Below, in pieces: positions 18,956-29,600 of a stretch of 64,000 nucleotides of DNA (position 1 is the stretch's first letter; the number at the start of each line of letters is the position of its first letter). The stretch comes from an uncultured archaeon (lineage in GTDB: Archaea; Asgardarchaeota; Thorarchaeia; Thorarchaeales; Thorarchaeaceae): contig CAZLEV010000003.1 of NCBI GenBank assembly GCA_964558645.1, positions 128,001 through 192,000 on the forward strand. Reading direction: 5' to 3'. Made by a program: the position numbers and the translations under genes. The notes under the pieces were generated by a model that saw only the letters and a program-made list of their open reading frames with translations, was not told the origin of the DNA and did no database searches.

Positions 18956-20332
18956 ATGAGAGTTGTTAAGATACGCTCTGAAGGGCTCTCGCATCTCTCC
19001 TATTTCGTACATTCTGGGAATGATGCATTTGTTGTAGATCCCCGAAGAGACATTGACGTCTACGTGAAGTTGGCTGAGGAGAACGATTGCGAAATCAAGC
19101 ACATCTTCGAAACTCACAGAAACGAGGACTATGTTATTGGTTCATTGGAACTGAAGAATCGAATACCATCTGCGCGGATTGGACACAGTGATGCTATCGA
19201 TTTCGAGTTCGGTGACGATTCTATACCTGATGGCGAAACCATTGCGATAGGGGCCATGAAAATCACCTGCACAAACACACCAGGTCACACCCCCGACAGT
19301 ATGTGTTATGCAGTTGCTGATGAATCTGTGAGCACTGATCCCATTGTTGTATTCACAGGCGACACGTTGTTCGTTAACGAAGTCGGACGAACGGACCTTG
19401 TGGACCCAGACAGAACTGGTGAGTTTGCCGAAGTATTGTACGAAAGTCTTCATGAGAAGGTCCTTCCACTCGGAGATCATGTCATTATTCATCCTGCGCA
19501 CGGAGCGGGATCCGTCTGTGGTGGTGACATTGGCGAACGCGAGTTCTCCACAATTGGATATGAGAAACGAAATAACAAGTGGCTATCAATGGACCGAGAC
19601 GAGTTTGTGAAGCATAAGCTCGAACAAAAACTCATACTGTCGCCCTACTTCAAGCACTGCGAGAAATTGAACACCATTGGCCCCCCACTCCTTAGTGATA
19701 GAGATCCAGTTCGCACGCTTGATGTTGACACATTTGAGGAAATGAGGAATAAGCCAAAGCACGTAGTAATTGACACCCGTGATCCTAAAGCGTATCTTGA
19801 AGGACACATCCCTGACTCGATCAGCAGCTTTCTAGGAGCCATGGGGATGATTGCTGGCTGGGTTTTCAATCCCGATGACCTATTCCTCCTCATCCTTAGT
19901 AACCCAGCAGACATGGAAGAGACAAGAAGCTACTTGATTCGCGTTGGTTATGATAATGTATTAGGTTATCTTGCAAGGGGATTCGAGGGCTGGAAACAAG
20001 CCGGTAATCTAGTAAGTTCAATGAAGAACTATGAAATCCCTGAGCTGAAAGAGCGTCTAGATAAAGGCGGAGTTCAGATTGTAGACGTGCGACAGCCTCA
20101 TGAGTATCATCGGGGCACCATGAAGGATTCCCACTTCATCCCCCTTACATCAATCGACGAGAAGATGGGCTCCCTTGAGCAGAATAAGGAGGTCATCACG
20201 ATTTGCCCATCTGGAATCCGAAGCACCACAGCGGCAAGCATTCTCAAGAGGAACGGTTTTGAGAAAGTTGGTGTGCCTGTTGAAGGCCTGAAGTCTTGGC
20301 GAGAGGCAGGTCTTCCTCTAGAGAAGGATTAA
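18956..20332 (+). CDS. MBL-fold hydrolase fused to two rhodanese domains
   Basis: ETHRNEDY, TPGHT, FTGDTLF, GRTDL, PAHGAGSVCG; IDTR..GHIP; VDVR...ICPSGIRS with catalytic Cys in the last domain. Confidence 0.88.
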   Translation: MRVVKIRSEGLSHLSYFVHSGNDAFVVDPRRDIDVYVKLAEENDCEIKHIFETHRNEDYVIGSLELKNRIPSARIGHSDAIDFEFGDDSIPDGETIAIGAMKITCTNTPGHTPDSMCYAVADESVSTDPIVVFTGDTLFVNEVGRTDLVDPDRTGEFAEVLYESLHEKVLPLGDHVIIHPAHGAGSVCGGDIGEREFSTIGYEKRNNKWLSMDRDEFVKHKLEQKLILSPYFKHCEKLNTIGPPLLSDRDPVRTLDVDTFEEMRNKPKHVVIDTRDPKAYLEGHIPDSISSFLGAMGMIAGWVFNPDDLFLLILSNPADMEETRSYLIRVGYDNVLGYLARGFEGWKQAGNLVSSMKNYEIPELKERLDKGGVQIVDVRQPHEYHRGTMKDSHFIPLTSIDEKMGSLEQNKEVITICPSGIRSTTAASILKRNGFEKVGVPVEGLKSWREAGLPLEKD

Positions 20333-20334
20333 GC

Positions 20335-21921
20335 ATGTTCTGGCAACGCAAGACAGGTCGCTCTGATATCATTGCGAAGAATGGAGCAGTTGCGACTTCC
20401 CAGCCGCTTGCCACACAGGCTGGCGTAGAAATTCTGAAGAGGGGAGGTAATGCTGTTGACGCAGCCATAGCTGCAGCAGCTGTCCTCGATGTTGTTGAGC
20501 CGTTCTCGACTGGATGCGGTGGAGATGCGTTTGCACTTGTCCATCTGACGGGATCGAATAGACCACTTGGATACAATGGCTCAGGGCATTCTGGTTCGTT
20601 GGTAACTCTGTCTGACCTACGTGAGCGCGGATGGGAAGCTATGCCGACTCGGGGGGGTCCAACTGTCACGGTCCCCGGAGCCATGCATCTCTGGCATACT
20701 CTTGTTGATGCCCATGGACGACTTGAGTTCTCAGATGTTCTTTCTCCAGCAATCAGATACGCAGAAGAGGGATTCCCGGTGTCTCCTGTCATTTCCGAGG
20801 TCTGGGGTCTAGTGACTGATTTTCTTAGGAGCGAATACGCCCGTGAGATCTTTACTCTAGATGGGGCTCCTCCACGAAGAGGTCAGCTTATGAAGAATCC
20901 GGACCTTGCAGGTGTCTTCAGAGGTGTCGGTAGGGAAGGGCTTGAGTATTTCTATGAGGGTGAGGTAGCCAGACGAATTGTTGAAACAGTACAGGATGAC
21001 GGAGGCTTCTTGACTCTTGAGGATATGAAGACGCATGCTACAACCGTTACCGAGCCCATCTCGTTGAGTTATCGTGGGCATGATGTATATGAGCATCCTC
21101 CCAATGGACAGGGTTTCGCTGCTTTGATTATGCTGGGACTAATGCAGGAACTCGAATCATCAACTCAACCTGCAATGAGTGCTGAACGGTACCATCTGAT
21201 GATTGAGGCCAAGAAGCTCGCTTATGCGGACCTCTATGCTCACAATGCGGATCCCGATTTCTATGATGTACCACTGGAGGATATGCTCTCAGGAGAGTAT
21301 CTGCAGAAACGTGCTCATATGATAGACAGCGATGCAGCCATGAAACTCCCAGAATCGGGTCTGGGCTATGAATGCGATACTGTCTATCTCGCTGCAGCTG
21401 ACAGGGATGGGAACGCCGTCAGTTTCATCAACAGCCTCTATATGGGCTTTGGAAGCGGGCTGGTTGTACCTGGAACTGGAATCAAGCTCCAAAACCGAGG
21501 AAGCCTTTTCCAATTAGATCCCGGGCATCCCAATGCTTATGCTCCCAACAAGAGGCCCTTCCATACAATCATCCCCGGGGCGGTATACAGAAACAAAAAG
21601 ATGGAAGGTGTTTTCGGCATTATGGGCGGCCCGCATCAGGCACAGGCACATGCTCAGTTCATCAGTAACATGATAGACTACGAGATGAGTCCTCAAGAGG
21701 CCCTTGACTATCCAAGGTTTCATCACGATCAAGAATCTAACACTGTTGCCTTAGAGAACGGTGTTCCGCCGAATATCCAAGGCAATCTTCGAAAACTCGG
21801 CCACGTACTTGCCCATGAGACCTCCTTCGGTTTCGGAGGGGGGCAGGCAATCTTCAAGCTAGAAGATTCATGGATTGCAGGTTCTGATTTCAGGAAGGAT
21901 GGCCAAGCTGCCGGTTTTTAG
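20335..21921 (+). CDS. ggt: Gamma-glutamyltransferase
   Basis: GGNAVDAA, nucleophile T in DTVY, SFINS, GFGSG, KRPFHTIIP, MGG, DFRKDG. Confidence 0.92.
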   Translation: MFWQRKTGRSDIIAKNGAVATSQPLATQAGVEILKRGGNAVDAAIAAAAVLDVVEPFSTGCGGDAFALVHLTGSNRPLGYNGSGHSGSLVTLSDLRERGWEAMPTRGGPTVTVPGAMHLWHTLVDAHGRLEFSDVLSPAIRYAEEGFPVSPVISEVWGLVTDFLRSEYAREIFTLDGAPPRRGQLMKNPDLAGVFRGVGREGLEYFYEGEVARRIVETVQDDGGFLTLEDMKTHATTVTEPISLSYRGHDVYEHPPNGQGFAALIMLGLMQELESSTQPAMSAERYHLMIEAKKLAYADLYAHNADPDFYDVPLEDMLSGEYLQKRAHMIDSDAAMKLPESGLGYECDTVYLAAADRDGNAVSFINSLYMGFGSGLVVPGTGIKLQNRGSLFQLDPGHPNAYAPNKRPFHTIIPGAVYRNKKMEGVFGIMGGPHQAQAHAQFISNMIDYEMSPQEALDYPRFHHDQESNTVALENGVPPNIQGNLRKLGHVLAHETSFGFGGGQAIFKLEDSWIAGSDFRKDGQAAGF

Positions 21922-22014
21922 TTTCTGTTCCTGATGCATAGACTGAAATCGGCTGGCTTCAATACGCAGAGCAGAAAGTCCAGTTCCCAATTGACGTTAT
22001 GGCTTGTGAGAATC

Positions 22015-23526
22015 ATGGATGAAGAGTCAATCGAATATCGAGAAGAGAGTGACATGCTTGGCACGCGTCGAATACCGAGAGATGCTTATTGGGGTGTACA
22101 GACTCTGCGGGCGGTGGAGAACTTCGGGGTCTCACTGATACCATTGAGCAACTACACTACCCTTGTCCAAGCGCTGGCCATGGTCAAGAAGTCCTGTACG
22201 ATGGCTAACCAAGAACTTGGTCACCTTGGAGATGAATATGCCAATGCCATCATTCAGGCATGTGATGAGGTTATTGATGAACAGATGCATGACCAGTTCG
22301 TTGTCGATATGCTTCAGGGAGGGGCAGGTACCAGTACGAACATGAACATGAATGAGGTGCTTGCCTCTCGAGCTAACGAGATTCTGGGACATCCGCGGAA
22401 TTCCATGAGTCCCGTGTCTGCCAATGACCATGTGAACATGGCCCAGAGTACAAATGATGTCTATCCCACTGCAATCAAGATTGCTGCAATCTTCGGTCTC
22501 TCAGACTTGTCATCAGCTTTGGAGCAGTTGATTCTGGCACTGGATGAGAAGGCGCGAGAATGCAGTGACCTACTGAAGCTCGGCCGTACAGAGATGCAAG
22601 ATGCTGTACCGATCACTCTCGGTCAGGAGTTTTCAGCATGGTCTGGATGTCTGAAGCGCGATTTGCTACGAATCGGCTTGGCGGTGGACGTGTTGGAAAA
22701 GCACAATATTGGGGCTACTGCAATAGGCACCTCTCTAAACGCGGATCCTGAATATATCCGAGGAGCAGAGAGGCATCTACGAGATGTAACAGGTCTTGAT
22801 GGACTCACAACTGCTGAGAACCTGATTGATGACACTCAAAATAGTGACGAGTTTGTGCATGCCTCTGGTTTGCTTCGAGTACTTGCCACAAATCTAAGCA
22901 AGATATGCAATGATCTGATCCTGCTTTCATCCGGTCCTATAGGTGGCTTTCATGAGATCACCCTCCCTGCCGTTCAGCCTGGTAGCTCGATCATGCCTGG
23001 TAAAGTCAATCCTGTCATCTGCGAGATGGTCATTCAGTGTGCCTATGAGGTAATTGGTCATGATGCAGTGATATCGCTGGCTGCGCAGGCTGGCCAGCTT
23101 GAGTTGAATGCCTATGAACCAGTTATTGCCTACAACTTCTTTCAGGCTGTCAAGCTGCTTCGAAACTCGATGCCCATTCTGACCAACAAGTGCATCAAAG
23201 GAATTGAACCTAACAGAGAGGGCCTTGATGTTGTTCACAGGAGCATCGGGCTGGTGACTGCTCTGAACCCTGTCCTAGGTTACAAGGCGGCAACTCGAAT
23301 TGCTAAGAAGGCTCTTGATACGAAGAAGACCATCCGTGAGATTGTGCTGGAGGAAGGGATTTTCGATGAGAGTTACCTCGATGTGCTTCTCTCCCCAGAG
23401 CGAATGACGACAGCAGGAATCGCAGGACATAGTCATGCTTCCACGAGTGATGAAGATGGTGATGACGGTCCGAATGATGAGAGGCCGGATGGACAAGACA
23501 ATGTGACAGCAACAGAGGAGCGCTAA
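22015..23526 (+). CDS. aspA: Aspartate ammonia-lyase
   Basis: QGGAGTSTNMNMNE, QSTND, GRT, GSSIMPGKVNP, GQLELN. Confidence 0.88.
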   Translation: MDEESIEYREESDMLGTRRIPRDAYWGVQTLRAVENFGVSLIPLSNYTTLVQALAMVKKSCTMANQELGHLGDEYANAIIQACDEVIDEQMHDQFVVDMLQGGAGTSTNMNMNEVLASRANEILGHPRNSMSPVSANDHVNMAQSTNDVYPTAIKIAAIFGLSDLSSALEQLILALDEKARECSDLLKLGRTEMQDAVPITLGQEFSAWSGCLKRDLLRIGLAVDVLEKHNIGATAIGTSLNADPEYIRGAERHLRDVTGLDGLTTAENLIDDTQNSDEFVHASGLLRVLATNLSKICNDLILLSSGPIGGFHEITLPAVQPGSSIMPGKVNPVICEMVIQCAYEVIGHDAVISLAAQAGQLELNAYEPVIAYNFFQAVKLLRNSMPILTNKCIKGIEPNREGLDVVHRSIGLVTALNPVLGYKAATRIAKKALDTKKTIREIVLEEGIFDESYLDVLLSPERMTTAGIAGHSHASTSDEDGDDGPNDERPDGQDNVTATEER

Positions 23527-23530
23527 CTCT

Positions 23531-23992
23531 ATGGATATCCAACCCGAGCTACGTGAGAGAGTGATGAACCTTCTAGAGAGCCAGTTGGTAGGTGCGCTGT
23601 CTACAACAAGCAATGGTATTCCCTACTCTTGTTTGGTCAGCTACAGGTTCACTGATGACCTTGAAACTGCGATATTCGCGACCAAGAGAGATCGGCTCAA
23701 GTACCGCAAGATGATGGAGAATCCGAATGTGTCGTTGCTCATTGACGACCGTCAGAACCGAATGGATGATTTTCGAACAGTGACCTCCCTTAGCGTCTTG
23801 GGAACCGTTATTGATACGGAGGGACCAACGAGGGAGAGGTATATGGACCTGCTTCTCGAGAAGCATCCATATTTCACCGACTTTGTCCGTGCCTCAGACA
23901 CAGCAGTGATTGAGGTCTCTGTGAAGCATATGTACATCGTAAAAGATTTCGAGAGTGTAACGAAACTCACAATTGAAGAAAAGGGTGAGTAG
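23531..23992 (+). CDS. Pyridoxamine 5'-phosphate oxidase-family (split-barrel flavin-binding) protein
   Basis: LST...PYS, FAT....KY...NPNVSLLID. Confidence 0.8.
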   Translation: MDIQPELRERVMNLLESQLVGALSTTSNGIPYSCLVSYRFTDDLETAIFATKRDRLKYRKMMENPNVSLLIDDRQNRMDDFRTVTSLSVLGTVIDTEGPTRERYMDLLLEKHPYFTDFVRASDTAVIEVSVKHMYIVKDFESVTKLTIEEKGE

Positions 23993-24302
23993 TGGTCAGT
24001 TGACCACGAGCAGAGATGGACTGTCTGTACGCATGGCTGCACGAAGTTGCTCGCGGCCAACCTTCCCGGTAGGATGACATGTCTGAGTTGTTACCCTCCG
24101 TTCGAGTTGAACAGAAGCCCTAGGCCTCGGACCTCAACTTCCTACTCCGCCATGTCACAGGGTCGGATGACACGACAGCCATAGAGGTTTGATAGTCAAA
24201 ACATATGCTATGCATACTCGAACATGAATGATTTTGGGTAATATCTTACACGTCATATGGAAACCAACAAAAGGGGGAACAGTTTACTATTGTTATTGAG
24301 AA

Positions 24303-25169
24303 GTGATAGAGTTGCCAGAAGAAGATGTCAAACGTGGTGGAGATACCGTCTATCGGGTATTCTCTCAAGATTTCTATGCAACGGATTTACACATTGAAGA
24401 AATCGGAATCAAACAGCAAGAAGAGTGGAGGTCTAGAAGTCGTCAGTATACAACGGATTCCGAGATAATTGGAAAAGTGGAAACTGCGCAACGAGGCTCT
24501 GCTTCGGATTCGATGCCTGACTTGGAGAAAGAGGGGTTTATCGTCCAGCGAGAACGCCCTTGGGATGATGCTCCGAATGAGTATTCGAAGAGGCTAGTTC
24601 TCAAGCTGTTTACGGACACTGGGAACTGGTATGCGACCATTGAAGAGATGTTGGCGGATGAATATGCTAGGAGTTTCTCTGCAGATATGCCGTTAGTGTC
24701 ATTTGCTGTCTTGACCGATGAGAATGAGATTCTCACACGAATCAGTCAGAATCGTCGGGGTCCGGTCGACACTGAGAGTTATTCCTTTTTTCTGGTTGGT
24801 AACGATGGCCAGTTCCAAGTCTTCAGAATCGAAGGAAAGAGGATCACCATGGGCGACGATTTCCGTGTAGTAATGGCCACAGACGACGCAACAGTGGCTG
24901 AGATAGACAGCAAGGTGGTTAACATAGGTGGCGAGTGCACTGTCAAGATACGCGATCCGATTCTGGCAAATAATGATTGGTTCTGTAGGGTTCTTCAGGC
25001 ATTCTCAACGACAATCAAGTACAGAAAGGACATCTGGAAGAAAATCTCGCGGGGCTTGGAGGCGCTTAAGGACAGCAAGGGTACGCCTTTGCAAGAGCGG
25101 TTCGAAGTCAGCCTGCTTGCAAACCCGCGCCGTCTGACGCTTGAGATAGATGAGTTCGATGACGTCTAA
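24303..25169 (+). CDS. Hypothetical protein, possible LURP-one/scramblase (tubby-like) fold
   Basis: FRIEGKRITMGDDFRV...VAEIDSKVVNIGG strand repeat followed by a terminal helix. Confidence 0.6.
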   Translation: MIELPEEDVKRGGDTVYRVFSQDFYATDLHIEEIGIKQQEEWRSRSRQYTTDSEIIGKVETAQRGSASDSMPDLEKEGFIVQRERPWDDAPNEYSKRLVLKLFTDTGNWYATIEEMLADEYARSFSADMPLVSFAVLTDENEILTRISQNRRGPVDTESYSFFLVGNDGQFQVFRIEGKRITMGDDFRVVMATDDATVAEIDSKVVNIGGECTVKIRDPILANNDWFCRVLQAFSTTIKYRKDIWKKISRGLEALKDSKGTPLQERFEVSLLANPRRLTLEIDEFDDV

Positions 25170-26041
25170 GCTTTGCTGATGATTTCCCTAACTTTGTGGA
25201 GAGCATCGCTTACAAAGCCAGTTCTCTCCATTGATTGGAGAGCATCCTTGACTGCTTTGTAATGGAGAATCGCCTCCGCGGTGACTTCTCCCTCCTTGAC
25301 ATCGTCTGCGACTCGAACGACATTCATGAGATGGGTTTCCCGTGCACGGTCTTTGAGCGACCCGATGTCAACGGTCCACCGTCCGAAGTCAGTGACATAC
25401 TCTAGATTGGCTCTCACCAGGTCCAAGTTGTCCTGCGGTGGATCATGCCCAGAGAGTATCAGTTTCGCGTCAGCCTGGAGGTAGCCGCCAAGAGTTGCCT
25501 TGTATTCCTGAATGTTCATCTGATTGATGTATGGGATTGGACTCTCGATGTTGTCTCCAACAAACAAGACCCTGTCTCTCTTGTCAAAGCAACTGGCAGA
25601 GTCTCGTGTATGCCCAGGCGTGTGAAAGAACTCAATCTCCTCCTCCGCGAAGTCCAGTTTCTCTCTGAATGTCATATTGGGTGGAAGTCTGAATACATTT
25701 CCTCGCTGATGTGAGGAATACTTCTCCAACACGTTCTCCCATTCTGTGATGACTCGCTTACGGCATAGCTCATGGCCTATGATTAGTTTTCCCTCGAAAT
25801 GACAGTTGCCCCAGATGTGATCATAGTCTGCATGCGAATTGAATATGATGAGTCTTGATGGCAAGCTGTATCTCTTTGATAGTTGCGTCATCAGTTCTCT
25901 CATCGGTTCTGGACCACAAAAAGTGTCACAGACAAAGAGGGATGTTTCTCCAACTACGACGTACACATTGCCGATGTATGGATCATCGAAAGTAAACAAG
26001 AGTCCTCTGTCAGAGACTTCTGTGACCTGCATCCTGTTCAC
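25166..26041 (-). CDS. MBL-fold metallo-hydrolase
   Basis: NSHADYDHIWGN, TPGHT, FVGD, SGH. Confidence 0.88.
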   Translation of the reverse strand: MNRMQVTEVSDRGLLFTFDDPYIGNVYVVVGETSLFVCDTFCGPEPMRELMTQLSKRYSLPSRLIIFNSHADYDHIWGNCHFEGKLIIGHELCRKRVITEWENVLEKYSSHQRGNVFRLPPNMTFREKLDFAEEEIEFFHTPGHTRDSASCFDKRDRVLFVGDNIESPIPYINQMNIQEYKATLGGYLQADAKLILSGHDPPQDNLDLVRANLEYVTDFGRWTVDIGSLKDRARETHLMNVVRVADDVKEGEVTAEAILHYKAVKDALQSMERTGFVSDALHKVREIISKA

Positions 26042-26099
26042 CTTCTTCTCGCCTTACATACTAGTAAGCGGTCTCTAATGAAACCTCTTCTAAGCCACA

Positions 26100-27053
26100 T
26101 TAGATCCGCTTGCTTCTGAAGAGACCTGAGCATGCGTGGGTCTCGAGACCTCGCTTTTCCAGTTCATCCAGAATCATGTTCATCCCAATCGAATCGCTGC
26201 TCATATGTCCGGCGATTACTACGTAGAGCCCCTCTCTCTCACATTCCTCTTTGAGTTTGTCTGTCAAGTGCATGGTCACAATTGTGCTGACCCCTGCTCT
26301 TGCGAGCTTGCGAATAGAGTCAGGGCCAGGAGTCGTGCCGCCTGTGAAGAAGACAAACTTCTCGCCACAGCTTCCTGATTCGCTTCCAACGAGAATTTCA
26401 GGTCCTGCACCGTACTTCTCGGCCTCTTGATACTCAGGGATTTCGAGGAGCGCCTCGGTCAGCTCACCCAACGTTGAAGGGTCTTTCTCCTTAAGATAGT
26501 CGTCAAGATACTGATATCCCAGAGAGTCGGCTGGTGTGTGAGAACACATGAATGGCATATCGATGAGTCGGGCTGCATCTATCGTCTGTGTGTGGTTTCG
26601 CGCTTTGGTCGCGAAGTGAACTTCCTTGAGCCTCTTTGCCATGGCGGATTCGGCCTGTGCAATCGGTACCCCGAGCTTTGCCCAGTGGTCGGGCTGTAGC
26701 TTCATCACCCAGTCCAAGTTACTAGTTCCGATACCATGCGGATGGTGGGCCAGAACTAGTTCTATCTTGGTTCCTTTGTCGTTCAGTCGATCGGCCAGAA
26801 CAATCTCGCCAGACGTGATGTCGATGCCTGCAAGAACGCTGCCAACCTCCCTGTCTTCTGTGCCATAGAGTAATCTGCAGTCTGTATATGGATTCCAAAC
26901 AACGTCCGGGTCAGCGAGCTCCTTCTTCTTCCCTTCGAGCTTATCATACTTCTCTTTCGACTTTTCGAGAATCTCTTTGACCCGGTCCTCGCCGCGCGGG
27001 TCTGCTTCGATGCCCATCTGCACAATCAAACGGTATATGTCGCCTAGTTTCAT
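26100..27053 (-). CDS. NIF3/NGG1p-interacting factor family protein
   Basis: GID, AHHP, HTPAD, TGGT, MH, AGHMSSDSIG. Confidence 0.8.
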   Translation of the reverse strand: MKLGDIYRLIVQMGIEADPRGEDRVKEILEKSKEKYDKLEGKKKELADPDVVWNPYTDCRLLYGTEDREVGSVLAGIDITSGEIVLADRLNDKGTKIELVLAHHPHGIGTSNLDWVMKLQPDHWAKLGVPIAQAESAMAKRLKEVHFATKARNHTQTIDAARLIDMPFMCSHTPADSLGYQYLDDYLKEKDPSTLGELTEALLEIPEYQEAEKYGAGPEILVGSESGSCGEKFVFFTGGTTPGPDSIRKLARAGVSTIVTMHLTDKLKEECEREGLYVVIAGHMSSDSIGMNMILDELEKRGLETHACSGLFRSKRI

Positions 27054-27194
27054 GAGACTGCACTAGAGTCTGACTGTATGAAGCTTTCGCATCAAGCATG
27101 AACTCCGCTGCATCTCCCAAATTAGGTCTAAGTTAGAGCGTCGCACAAAGGTTTTATTGAACCATGTTACCAGTTGTGATGAGGTGCGCGCCCG

Positions 27195-29543
27195 ATGCCC
27201 AATGGGTGGAGAGCAAAAATAGCAATATTCGCAATGGTTCTAATCATAGCATCAGTATGTGTAAATGTGAACGCAATCTACGTCCAGACTCAGTCATGGA
27301 GCCAGAGTCAGACCCTTACAAGGGAAGACAACGGCCATGCATATTTGAGAGTAGACGGAGATGATGGAGTATTCGGTGATCGGCATCTGCTCACTGTAGA
27401 TGAAGATGTTGACTATATCAGGTACAACTACGGTCACTCCTCTTGGAGCCGACAGACTGGCACGTTCGAAGGTCCCGCCACGATGTACACTTACTTGGGA
27501 CGAGACTCAATAGACAATCAAGGTTGGCTATCCAACGGAACACGGTATCCCTACTTCTATGACTTCATCAATACAACGGAGGACTTCACACTCTCACTTG
27601 AACATATGAGGCATGAGTTCCCAGTTATAGTTGGAGAAGAGTTCTCGGTTCTCATCGAGTCTAATCGTGCTTACTATGGTACTTTCAATCTGACATCAGA
27701 GGAAGAGTACTTCCACTTCACCTTGGCTTCTCGTCAGGATGACTGTGAGATGGTTGCTGTAGTCGTGGACCCCCTAGGCAGGCTTCTGACTGAAATCTTT
27801 GTGGAGGATGGTGACATCCAACTGATGCCATTCAACCCTTCAATACCGGGAATGTACACAATCGTGCTCATCGCTGTTTCCGGAAACCGAGGGATTCTGA
27901 CGGCTGATTTACTCCTTGAAGAAGTTGAGCCTATTCTTCTTGAACCTGACCAGATTGTCGAGGGAATGCTTCCGGGATCCGAGATGAAAGTCAGACAAGA
28001 CGACGGCGATTTCGTGTATACAGAGATACCCCCGTCTGCAATGACATACAAGGTGACAGGGAACTACACTCATCCCGGCCGGCTCAGATACTCCTTCAAC
28101 TACATGGCTATGATGATGGGAGGCATGGAGCCGTTCATCATCGTCACTGGCGACTCTTTCTCCTGCAGCAATGAAGTGACAGGTTTCATGGATGGAATGG
28201 GTGGTGCTGGAGACACCTATTGGTATCAGTGCTTCAGGAATGGGTCTTACTATTTCACTGTTATCGGAATGGATGAGACACAATACACACTGCTCAACGA
28301 GGTTCCTGATACCCCCGTCCTGCCTCTGAACCAAGAGTTCTATCTCGAGAGCCCGTATCAGGATGGAAGCAGACAGGCTTTCACGCTAAACTTGGCACAG
28401 GACTCGGTCTTTGTCGTGAATCGGTCCACGGAGAGCGATCCATTCGACTGGAGTATATGGACCGTGGATGATAACAACTGCTTCCGGTATAGATCTGTCC
28501 CCAGTCATCAGGACCTCGAATCTGCCTCGCCCTTCTACTTACCTGCTGGGCGGTACTTGCTGGTTGCCACATCCTATAACATGGATGACAAGGGATTCTA
28601 CGAGTTCAACGTTGGTCCAATTCTTGATGGAACTGGTCAGGTCGCTGTGGACGCTGGGCGGATCATAGGAGTGAGTGTAGAGACCGATCCTATTCATTTC
28701 TACCGGGCAAATGTTACTCTTGAGACCCTCGACAATGTTACTGTATCTGCGCGGTACGTTATACTCGGAGACTATGGAAGCACCATAACTACTTGGATCC
28801 AAGATCTCGGGAACCGAAGAGCTGGCTTCGGTTGGCAAAAGGTGATGGCAAACTGGACGTCAAAGGATCTCGGACTTCCAATAACCTACGACCGATTTTC
28901 CGGTGAGAGAAGCATCATTGCAATCGTGCCCTATCAAGTGGTGAACAACACGCCCGGGGGAGGCAATGAGTATCACGAGTACACCGTCGACTACGGCATC
29001 CACTTCGATCCACTGTGGGATGATTATTTCAATGGAACCGGAAGCTTGACTGTGGGAAGCAGCGTTGCGATACACAACTTCACTCTTGGCGATCCTGGTG
29101 AATCCACTGAGATATACGTGCTCAGTGTAGATGCCTCTGCAGGAGTCTGGCACAATGTCACTGTCGTGGTTTCTGACGTGACATCTTGGACAGCCTCTGT
29201 CAGACAGGAAGCCCCGTTCGGCGCTCAGGTCCTTAGATGGTTCGATCTCGACGATACACTGGTTGGTTCGACCTCGGACGAGGCTGCCTTTCAGTTCGGA
29301 ACCCTTGAAGGCCGATTTAACCTAATCTTCTATGTGCAACGTGTTCTAGCCGGTGAAGGCAGTCTTGACGTTATAATCGAGCCCTTCACCACGAATGTTC
29401 TGGGTTCTCCACCAGCAATCAGGTACCTTGGCATTTCGGCTGAAAGCGTGGGTGATCTCGGTCCCGTTCTCATAGTCGTTGGTGGCGTCGGCGCAGCAGT
29501 TGCCATTGTGGCAATAGTGTATTTCGTGAAAGTGAAGAAGTAG
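27195..29543 (+). CDS. Secreted, C-terminally anchored surface protein with repeated beta-sandwich (PPC-like) domains
   Basis: N-terminal signal peptide; PGMYTIVL, NGSYYFTV and AGRYLLVA strand repeats; many NxS/T sequons; C-terminal TM + KVKK. Confidence 0.8.
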   Translation: MPNGWRAKIAIFAMVLIIASVCVNVNAIYVQTQSWSQSQTLTREDNGHAYLRVDGDDGVFGDRHLLTVDEDVDYIRYNYGHSSWSRQTGTFEGPATMYTYLGRDSIDNQGWLSNGTRYPYFYDFINTTEDFTLSLEHMRHEFPVIVGEEFSVLIESNRAYYGTFNLTSEEEYFHFTLASRQDDCEMVAVVVDPLGRLLTEIFVEDGDIQLMPFNPSIPGMYTIVLIAVSGNRGILTADLLLEEVEPILLEPDQIVEGMLPGSEMKVRQDDGDFVYTEIPPSAMTYKVTGNYTHPGRLRYSFNYMAMMMGGMEPFIIVTGDSFSCSNEVTGFMDGMGGAGDTYWYQCFRNGSYYFTVIGMDETQYTLLNEVPDTPVLPLNQEFYLESPYQDGSRQAFTLNLAQDSVFVVNRSTESDPFDWSIWTVDDNNCFRYRSVPSHQDLESASPFYLPAGRYLLVATSYNMDDKGFYEFNVGPILDGTGQVAVDAGRIIGVSVETDPIHFYRANVTLETLDNVTVSARYVILGDYGSTITTWIQDLGNRRAGFGWQKVMANWTSKDLGLPITYDRFSGERSIIAIVPYQVVNNTPGGGNEYHEYTVDYGIHFDPLWDDYFNGTGSLTVGSSVAIHNFTLGDPGESTEIYVLSVDASAGVWHNVTVVVSDVTSWTASVRQEAPFGAQVLRWFDLDDTLVGSTSDEAAFQFGTLEGRFNLIFYVQRVLAGEGSLDVIIEPFTTNVLGSPPAIRYLGISAESVGDLGPVLIVVGGVGAAVAIVAIVYFVKVKK

Positions 29544-29561
29544 TTTCGCTTCGCAGGTGAT

Positions 29562-29600
29562 GGAGAGGGTTATCCCTCTCCTCCCTTCCCTTTTCTTTCT
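29562..29600 (+). terminator. Hairpin plus pyrimidine/U tract terminator
   Basis: GGAGAGGG-TTAT-CCCTCTCC perfect 8-bp stem, then TCCCTTCCCTTTTCTTTCT. Confidence 0.65.

Noticed and set aside
5759-23526. aspA and nadA as one NAD-biosynthesis unit
   Set aside because: They are about 15 kb apart and AspA does not make iminoaspartate; nadB/nadX/nadC are simply not in this window.
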